Assembly (NCBI GenBank): GCA_002794465.1
Contig: MTSL01000060.1
Location: 1-6,965 of the forward strand
Direction of reading: 5' to 3'
Source of the DNA: Paramicrosporidium saccamoebae KSL3
Lineage: Eukaryota; Fungi; Cryptomycota
Length of the DNA stretch: 6,965 bases
The position numbers and the translations under genes were made by a program. The number at the start of each line of letters is the position of its first letter. Positions within the stretch are counted from its first letter, which is position 1. The notes beneath the pieces were generated by a model. The model saw only the letters and a program-made list of their open reading frames with translations. It made no database searches and was not told the origin of the DNA. This document shows positions 1-4,835 of this stretch, piece by piece.

Positions 1-780
1 TATAGAAAGGGAATGGGAAGCGGTCTGATGGACAAGACCAACAGAGTCAAACAGATATTGATGGGAATGAGAACTGTCTTGAAGGATAAGCCTCTGACTG
101 TCAAGATGCGTGTGGGAATTGATGATGGTAAGCCGTTGGTGGGAAGACTATTACCTGCGCTCACTGCCGCCAGAATTGATGCCCTTGCCATCCACGGCCG
201 CACGCGCCAACAAAGATACACCAAAGTAGCCGACTGGAGTTACATCTCCCAAGTAGTGGAAATGGCGCGCCCCCACAATCTCCCTATTATTGGAAATGGC
301 GACATGTTGTCTTTTGAAGATTACGAGCTCCGCAAAACAGAGACCAACGTCGACTCTATCATGGTGGCTCGAGGCGCCTTAATCAAGCCTTGGATCTTTA
401 CAGAAATCAAAGAGAGGAGACACTGGGATATTAGCTCTTCGGAGCGGTTGGAGATGCTTAAAAGTTATGTCCGGTATGGCCTGGAGCATTTTGGAAGCGA
501 TACGGCGGGCGTGGAGCGGACGCGTAGATTCTTACTAGAATGGCTGTCCTTCCTGTGCCGCTACGTGCCCGTTGGCATACTGGAGCAACTGCCACCAAAA
601 CTCAACGATAGACCTCCAGCATATTTTGGGAGAGACGACTTGGAGACCCTGATGGCCAGTCCATCAGTTACGGACTGGATAAAGCTATCGGAGATGCTTC
701 TGGGGCCAGTCCCCGAGGGCTTTGTATTTCTTCCAAAACACAAGTCAAACAGCTACGAAAATCCTGTATCACAAGGATAA
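1..780 (+). CDS. DUS3: tRNA-dihydrouridine(47) synthase DUS3, C-terminal part (5' end lies upstream of the window)
   Basis: Frame 1 is open from base 1 (YRKGMGSGLM...). It carries DUS motifs PLTVKMRVG, IHGRTRQQRYTKVADW, IIGNGD and MVARGALIKPWIFTEI. The C-terminus EWLSFLCRYVPVGILE...RGRDDLETL-like...DWIKLSEMLLGPVPEGFVFLPKHKSNSY is typical of DUS3. Stop TAA at 778-780. Confidence 0.93.
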   Translation, partial: YRKGMGSGLMDKTNRVKQILMGMRTVLKDKPLTVKMRVGIDDGKPLVGRLLPALTAARIDALAIHGRTRQQRYTKVADWSYISQVVEMARPHNLPIIGNGDMLSFEDYELRKTETNVDSIMVARGALIKPWIFTEIKERRHWDISSSERLEMLKSYVRYGLEHFGSDTAGVERTRRFLLEWLSFLCRYVPVGILEQLPPKLNDRPPAYFGRDDLETLMASPSVTDWIKLSEMLLGPVPEGFVFLPKHKSNSYENPVSQG

Positions 781-951
781 GCACAAGCTATCTTGATCCG
801 GCGCCACAAAGAAAAGCTCAAAATGACAACGTGTCAGTCAACTAGAACTCGTCTAAGCCACACCAAGATTTAATAATAGAGCGTATGCTTATTAAAAGAC
901 TCACTGGAGGTTGATAAAACGTGTCCTTTATAACCAGACATATTGCTATAT

Positions 952-1215
952 CTAAAGCTCTTCAGAATCGGAATACCACTCGGAACCATCGCCCCACTGG
1001 CTAAAGTCAAAACTGCCGGTGCCGGACCCGGTCCCGCTGTAGCTGTCCTCGGCGCTCTGCGAGTCTTTGACGGCACTTTTAACAACTTCCTCCCGTTGGA
1101 GAGCCTTCAGTAGCTCCTCCATATTGGGTGCGTCGGGGGAGGATGCAGCCTCTTCAGCGTATGCGTGCGCAGCAAATACAGCGACGACGGAGAACAAAAG
1201 TGTGGAGAGATGCAT
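952..1215 (-). CDS. Orphan small secreted/ER-luminal acidic protein, 87 aa (ORF-A)
   Basis: ATG start and a classic signal peptide (MHLSTLLFSVVAVFAAHAYA|EE, AxA cleavage site). The mature part has 16 D/E vs 4 K/R, an SGTGSGTGS repeat and a C-terminal SEEL. No recognisable domain. Confidence 0.7.
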   Translation of the reverse strand: MHLSTLLFSVVAVFAAHAYAEEAASSPDAPNMEELLKALQREEVVKSAVKDSQSAEDSYSGTGSGTGSFDFSQWGDGSEWYSDSEEL

Positions 1216-1250
1216 TCAAGGGTAGTATACCGTGGCAGCTACCAACACTA

Positions 1251-1280
1251 AATATACATTATATAACTATATGATAGTAT
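1251..1280. promoter_or_regulatory. AT-rich TATA-like tract between divergent ORF-A and the 5S gene
   Basis: AATATACATTATATAACTATATGATAGTAT lies about 17-46 nt upstream of the 5S start on + and 36-65 nt upstream of the ORF-A ATG on -. Function is inferred from position only. Confidence 0.35.
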
Positions 1281-1296
1281 GTGAGCACTTTCCGTC

Positions 1297-1415
1297 AGCT
1301 ACGGCCATACATGTATGAAAGCACCCGGTCTCGTCCGATCCCGGAAGTTAAGCATGCAATGGCGAGGTTAGTACTGCGGTGGGAGACCACGCGGGAATAC
1401 CTCGTGTCGTAGTTT
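1297..1415 (+). rRNA. 5S ribosomal RNA gene (dispersed copy)
   Basis: 119 nt with the full eukaryotic 5S fold. Helix I: AGCUACGGC (1297-1305) pairs with GUCGUAGUU (1406-1414). Helix II: AUGUAUG/CAUGCA(A)U. Helix III: CCGG/CCGG around loop UCUCGUCCGAUC. Helix V: GCGAGGU/ACCUCGU. Loop E: UAGUAC...GAAU. Helix IV: GUGG-GAGA-CCAC closing a GNRA tetraloop. A T-run follows. Confidence 0.97.
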
Positions 1416-1428
1416 TGTCGTCATTTTT
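1413..1428 (+). terminator. RNA polymerase III terminator T-runs of the 5S gene
   Basis: TTTT at 1413-1416 immediately at the 5S 3' end, with a backup TTTTT at 1424-1428. Confidence 0.7.
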
Positions 1429-1434
1429 AACCCT

Positions 1435-1440
1435 TTTATT
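1435..1440 (-). terminator. Putative polyadenylation signal AATAAA for ORF-B
   Basis: Plus-strand TTTATT at 1435-1440 reads AATAAA on minus, 7 nt past the ORF-B stop (1448-1450). Confidence 0.45.
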
Positions 1441-1447
1441 AACTCTA

Positions 1448-1840
1448 CTACAGATCTACATAGTCCTCAAAATTCGCGGCGTCGTCTAGGTCCAGCGAGA
1501 CAGAGCTGGCGCCAAAAGCAAATTCCTCATTATCAGTACCACTTTCAGAAGCAGCTTCAGTATCGGCGTCACTTTCAGACGATTCTGATAAACTCGTAAC
1601 AGAATCGTCCGAGAATGATACCATTGTGTCTATTAGCCCTTCGCTTACCAGCAGATCATCAGACATGCTATTCAAAAGCTCCTCCTCCGGAGACTGGTTT
1701 CGCATAAGATTAGCCTCCTGGGTGGCCTCAAATATAGCCATTTCTCTACTCTTCAATTTCATCTGCTCCTCAATATCTATTGTGGCCGTGGCCATAGCGA
1801 CGCAAATGGCAATCAGGCACTGAACGTGTTGGATCTGCAT
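1448..1840 (-). CDS. Orphan secreted hyper-acidic Ser-rich protein, 130 aa (ORF-B)
   Basis: ATG start and a signal peptide (MQIQHVQCLIAICVAMATA|TID). About 30 D/E vs 4 K/R, no basic residue after R47, a Ser/acidic low-complexity tract, and an AATAAA just after the stop. Confidence 0.72.
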   Translation of the reverse strand: MQIQHVQCLIAICVAMATATIDIEEQMKLKSREMAIFEATQEANLMRNQSPEEELLNSMSDDLLVSEGLIDTMVSFSDDSVTSLSESSESDADTEAASESGTDNEEFAFGASSVSLDLDDAANFEDYVDL

Positions 1841-1980
1841 CTCAAAGATGGACCTGAGGGGAACCAGTTAGAAATAGCTTAAATCAATATTGGTGCCTGG
1901 TGAGAGCCAATCAAATTGATAGAGTGACCCCGTTCATTTACTCATTATCTGCTTAGCTAAATACCATGCCTATGTGAAAG

Positions 1981-2208
1981 TTACTGCTCGACCGACATCG
2001 CTTCAAAGTATTCGACCGACATTTCACCACTTTGCGTAAAACCCTCAACAGCCATAGGCTCCATCTTTCGGGTACGCTTGGGCCGCAAACCATGGCGAGA
2101 CTTGATGCGCAGGCCGCATGAATAGCAGCGAGGACGCCAAATGGAATCGAATATGCTGACGGCGACGCCGAAGAAGCCCATAAACGCAATGTAGGTAGCA
2201 AGCTGCAT
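1981..2208 (-). CDS. Orphan small secreted/anchored peptide, 75 aa, cationic core plus acidic tail (ORF-C)
   Basis: ATG start and a hydrophobic N-terminus (MQLATYIAFMGFFGVAVS). Residues 25-48 contain 10 K/R and a CYSC; residues 49-75 contain 6 E and no basic residue. Same strand and layout as its neighbours. Confidence 0.6.
   Translation of the reverse strand: MQLATYIAFMGFFGVAVSIFDSIWRPRCYSCGLRIKSRHGLRPKRTRKMEPMAVEGFTQSGEMSVEYFEAMSVEQ
1988..2022. repeat. 11-bp direct repeat TCGACCGACAT x2, period 24 nt (encodes MSVE twice in ORF-C)
   Basis: Identical 11-mers at 1988-1998 and 2012-2022. The period is a multiple of 3 and preserves the ORF-C frame. Confidence 0.6.
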
Positions 2209-2284
2209 CTAATGAACGCCGGCTCTAGCAGAGTGGCTTATAAAACCAAAGTAGGAAGTATGTTAAATATGTATACTGTGGTCT

Positions 2285-2452
2285 CTATATATCACCTTCA
2301 GACTCTGTATCGGTAATGCTCCCAGAACTAGGACTGTGCATACGATACCAGTTCTTCTGCCGTTCTGTACCCTTGTGCACCTTGGCTATCGTAGCTGCTA
2401 GGCTTATCCATGTAACAAGTGCCCCCAACAGCATCAACAACGTTAACAACAT
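2285..2452 (-). CDS. Orphan 55-aa signal-peptide/signal-anchor micro-protein (ORF-D), not in the supplied ORF track
   Basis: Translated by hand: MLLTLLMLLGALVTWISLAATIAKVHKGTERQKNWYRMHSPSSGSITDTESEGDI*, from ATG at 2452-2450 to TAG at 2287-2285. It has 23 uncharged N-terminal residues, a basic middle and an acidic Ser/Thr tail. TATAAATA lies 15-22 nt upstream. Confidence 0.5.
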   Translation of the reverse strand: MLLTLLMLLGALVTWISLAATIAKVHKGTERQKNWYRMHSPSSGSITDTESEGDI

Positions 2453-2497
2453 AGAGCCCAGACTTGTATTTATATGCTATGAACCAATCAGAGCACG
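2453..2497. promoter_or_regulatory. Putative 45-bp bidirectional promoter between ORF-D (-) and SYS1 (+)
   Basis: TATTTATA/TATAAATA at 2467-2474 and CCAAT at 2484-2488 lie between two divergent ATGs. Confidence 0.4.
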
Positions 2498-3183
2498 ATG
2501 CCTGGTGAAGCGCCGCTGCAGCATGAGGCAATAGGCTCCTTCAGGCCATCGAGCACATTCGACCCCGCTCTCATCCTCTCCCAAATCTCCACCCTCCTGG
2601 TATTTTTCCATTTATTGCTCCTTGTCGGCGAATCACTGGCTTGCCGATTTCTCAAAACCAATTTTGAGCTCTGGAGGGTGTGGAATTTGGGTGCCAGTCT
2701 CAATTTAGCAACGAGGAACGGGCGCCTAAATCTATTGGTATATGTACTAGTTGCTGTGGTCATGTAATCCACTCGAACAATGTGATGTTTAGCGGGATAT
2801 TAATGAGACCAGTATTAGAGAGATCAAAACTATGCTTAGACCATGCCTGTACGCTGTATGGATTCCACCTCTTGTTTTGCGCATTTATCATGGGCCCCTC
2901 TACTGTGGCTAGTCTTCCTGCCGTCACCACAATCCTTGTATGTTGCGTGATCACTACCCAAGTGGGACGGTATTACTGCACTCAACTTGAGCTGCTACCA
3001 ATTCCAATCGGAATCGGCGCCACCTCTAACACGTTGGGCACCACTCGATTTCGGGCGTGTCTGCCTCTGATTACTGGTTCTATTGCGCGGATTGTGGGGA
3101 TCTTTCGGAAAGAAGACAAATCGTCTGATCTTATACCGCTCGCCCGGATGCCGTCTGCTCCCGGATTATCAACCACCAAATAA
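2498..3183 (+). CDS. SYS1: SYS1 integral Golgi membrane protein; model join(2498..2504,2535..2763,2793..3183), 208 aa
   Basis: The track ORFs 2498..2767 and 2680..3183 are two halves of one Sys1-family protein. Motifs: GSFRPSSTFDPALILSQI (cf. FR...WDPxLIxSQI), GRL, ERSKLCLDHACTLYGFHLL (cf. xRxKxCLDFxxTxHxFHLL) and GRYYCTQLELLPIP (cf. GEYLCMRxELxEIP). A GT-AG intron at 2764-2792 joins the two frames exactly. Confidence 0.88.
2505..2534 (+). other. Candidate 30-nt in-frame spliceosomal intron 1 of SYS1
   Basis: GTGAAG...CATGAGGCAATAG. Removal gives MPGSFRPSSTFDP, matching the usual short Sys1 N-terminus. The intron is 3n with no stop, so it is not required by the frame. Confidence 0.55.
2764..2792 (+). 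other. 29-nt spliceosomal intron 2 of SYS1
   Basis: GTAATC...TGTGATGTTTAG. It contains the in-frame TAA (2765-2767), and its removal fuses VAVV-I-GILMRPVLERSKLCLD in the correct frame. Confidence 0.85.
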
Positions 3184-3320
3184 ACTCTGTACGAGACTTG
3201 TGAGGGGAGGGAGGGAGTGTTTAAAAGTTGTGCAAAGATTTGTATGGATGCTGTGATAGAAATCCTTGGTCCGTAAATGTGTTCTTTATAATCTGACCTG
3301 TATATATCTTTCCTCACTCT

Positions 3321-3442
3321 CTTACCCGACTGGTCGCTATCCTGCCCGGCCGGCCGCTTTCGTGCCCAGCTGGCCGCACTCTTGCCCAGTTGGCTCCTCT
3401 ATTGCCCAAATCATCACACTTGTCTACCCAACTAATCACGCA
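3321..3442. repeat. Degenerate tandem array of 20-bp units (5 contiguous copies plus a sixth offset by 2 nt)
   Basis: Units: 3321 cttacccgactggtcgctat, 3341 cctgcccggccggccgcttt, 3361 cgtgcccagctggccgcact, 3381 cttgcccagttggctcctct, 3401 attgcccaaatcatcacact, 3423 tctacccaactaatcacgca. Neighbouring units share 14, 15, 15, 11 and 13 of 20 positions. T3, CCC5-7 and C17 are invariant. Confidence 0.8.
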
Positions 3443-3560
3443 TACATAAAGGACATTTACGGCAATATCCCATTTCAGGAATCATTTGGCCATAAGCAGC
3501 TATAGCATGAATCTGGTATAAATTTGTGCGACGGCCAAGCGCAGTAGGCATAAATTGACG

Positions 3561-4784
3561 ATGCGTTTGACCTTTAACACCGTTCTCCCCCTCTGGATCG
3601 GCCTTTGTGCTGCCAAAGTCTACTTTGAAGAAACCTTTGATGACGACAAAGCTCTCCAATTGAGATGGAAGAGTCCCAAAGCACCGCTAAAGAATAAGGC
3701 TGGCGAGGAGATTCCCCTGGGAAAATGGGAAATCTCTGCGGGAACCTTAAAGACTACCGAGGACAACCACTACTATGAGCTGACTAGCAAGCTGCCTGTG
3801 GCCTTTAGCAACGAGGGCAAGGATTTGGTAGTACAGATGACTGTACGTCATGCTCAGCAGATTGACTGCGGCGGTGGATACATTAAATTGCTCCCAAAGG
3901 ATGTTGACCAGGACACATTTAACGGAGATGCGTCCTATTATGTAATGTTTGGACCCGATATTTGTGGGACCAACCGCAAGGTCCATGTCATCTGGAACTA
4001 CAAGGGAACTAACTTTATGTTAAAGAAGGATATTCCTGTTCCGTATGACACTATTACCCATTGCTACACTCTGGTCGTCAAGCCAGACCAAACTTATGAA
4101 GTTTTAATAGACATGAGAAAGGTGGCCTTTGGTGGACTTACAGAAGATTGGGATATTCTACCGCCCAACAAGATTAAGGATCCAAAGGCGCAGAAACCCG
4201 CCGATTATGTTGACGAGAAGGAGATTGATGATGTCGAGGATAAAAAGCCTGAAGATTGGGATGTGTCTGAATTCCTCCCAGAGTCTGACGATGTAAAGCC
4301 TGATAATTGGGATGATGAGATGGACGGAGAATGGAAGCCCACTCCGAAAAAGAATCCTGCTTACAAGGGAGAGTGGAAGCCTCGCCGTGTTAAGAATCCC
4401 AATTATCAAGGCCCTTGGGTTGCTCCTATGATCGACAATCCCGATTATTTTACAGACGATACCATCTACGTGTTAAAGAATATTGGGGCCGTTGGATTTG
4501 ACCTGTGGCAAGTCAAGAGTGGTACCATGTTTGACAACATTTTGATCACTGATGATCTCGAACATGCCAAGAAGATTGCTGCAGAGACTTGGGAACCTCT
4601 CTATAATAAGGAGAAGGAGGAGATGGAGGAACAGGCGCGTATCCGTCGGGAAGAATTTGAAAAGGAGCAGCAGTTGAGGAAGGAGGAGAGTGCAAAGTCC
4701 GCAAAGGATACTGCAGGAAATGTTGCCGAGGATGCTGCGGAAGATGCCGACTCAGAAGACACCGAGTCAAAGGAAGAACTTTAA
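3561..4784 (+). CDS. CALR: Calreticulin, 407 aa (ER lectin chaperone)
   Basis: Signal peptide followed by KVYFEETF. Lectin-domain motifs QQIDCGGGYIKLL, YVMFGPDICG and GFDLWQVKSGTMFDNILITDD. The P-domain has 3 type-1 repeats (KPADYVD/KPEDWD/KPDNWD) and 3 type-2 repeats (GEWKP/GEWKP/GPWVAP). It has an acidic tail, no TM helix and a C-terminal KEEL. First ATG is 3561; the track start at 3555 is TTG. Confidence 0.96.
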   Translation: MRLTFNTVLPLWIGLCAAKVYFEETFDDDKALQLRWKSPKAPLKNKAGEEIPLGKWEISAGTLKTTEDNHYYELTSKLPVAFSNEGKDLVVQMTVRHAQQIDCGGGYIKLLPKDVDQDTFNGDASYYVMFGPDICGTNRKVHVIWNYKGTNFMLKKDIPVPYDTITHCYTLVVKPDQTYEVLIDMRKVAFGGLTEDWDILPPNKIKDPKAQKPADYVDEKEIDDVEDKKPEDWDVSEFLPESDDVKPDNWDDEMDGEWKPTPKKNPAYKGEWKPRRVKNPNYQGPWVAPMIDNPDYFTDDTIYVLKNIGAVGFDLWQVKSGTMFDNILITDDLEHAKKIAAETWEPLYNKEKEEMEEQARIRREEFEKEQQLRKEESAKSAKDTAGNVAEDAAEDADSEDTESKEEL

Positions 4785-4802
4785 ATTATCTATTGATTGA
4801 TC

Positions 4803-4808
4803 ATTAAA
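4803..4808 (+). terminator. Putative polyadenylation signal variant ATTAAA for calreticulin
   Basis: Lies 18 nt after the calreticulin stop within an AT-rich spacer. Confidence 0.3.
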
Positions 4809-4835
4809 CATTATTATTGTGAGTCCGCACCGAAA

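Noticed and set aside
1236-1302. CAGCTAC repeated at 1236-1242 and at the 5S start (1296-1302) as a target-site duplication
   Set aside because: Both copies are on the same side of the 5S gene and one is part of it. A 7-mer match is compatible with chance.
1854-1874. CTAAC...CCCCTCAG acceptor-like site upstream of ORF-B (minus strand)
   Set aside because: There is no GT donor at an intron-sized distance and ORF-B already has a complete signal peptide. A 5' UTR intron cannot be supported.
870-2772. Overlapping track ORFs 870..1085, 1626..1823, 1953..2201, 2316..2534, 2328..2531 and 2488..2772
   Set aside because: They are alternative-frame or antisense shadows of better-supported ORFs, with no coherent protein features; several use non-ATG starts.
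2680-3183. 167-aa ORF as an independent gene
   Set aside because: It is the 3' exon frame of SYS1; its first about 38 codons overlap exon 2 and intron 2 in another frame.
3202-3217. GAGGGGAGGGAGGGAG as a G-quadruplex or partner of the pyrimidine tract at 3308-3323
   Set aside because: It has only three G3+ runs, and pairing with the pyrimidine tract relies mostly on G-U pairs and mismatches.
3409-3415. GTGATGA (box C consensus) on the minus strand, suggesting a C/D snoRNA
   Set aside because: No CTGA box D was found at a suitable distance downstream on that strand, and there is no terminal stem.
3321-3442. 20-bp repeat array as a CRISPR array
   Set aside because: The units are contiguous with no unique spacers, they are degenerate, the context is eukaryotic, and there are no cas genes.
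3474-3481. TTCAGGAA heat-shock-element core upstream of calreticulin
   Set aside because: It has only two nGAAn units, whereas functional HSEs need three. No ERSE or UPRE consensus was seen either.
3555-3560. Track start of calreticulin at 3555
   Set aside because: That codon is TTG. The first ATG is 3561 and gives a normal signal peptide.
2760-3659. Track ORFs 2760..2954, 2982..3317, 3266..3505 and 3432..3659
   Set aside because: They are antisense to SYS1 or CALR, or run across the non-3n repeat array, and show no homology or compositional signal.
3672-3697. GT...CTAAA...AG inside calreticulin as an intron explaining the loop insertion
   Set aside because: It is 26 nt (not 3n), so removal would frameshift an otherwise intact ORF, and the donor GTCCCA is poor.
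4797-4835. Track start of RIX7 at 4797 ([13 protein letters not shown])
   Set aside because: That codon is TTG, 12 nt after the calreticulin stop, in an AT-rich spacer. It is not a plausible eukaryotic start.
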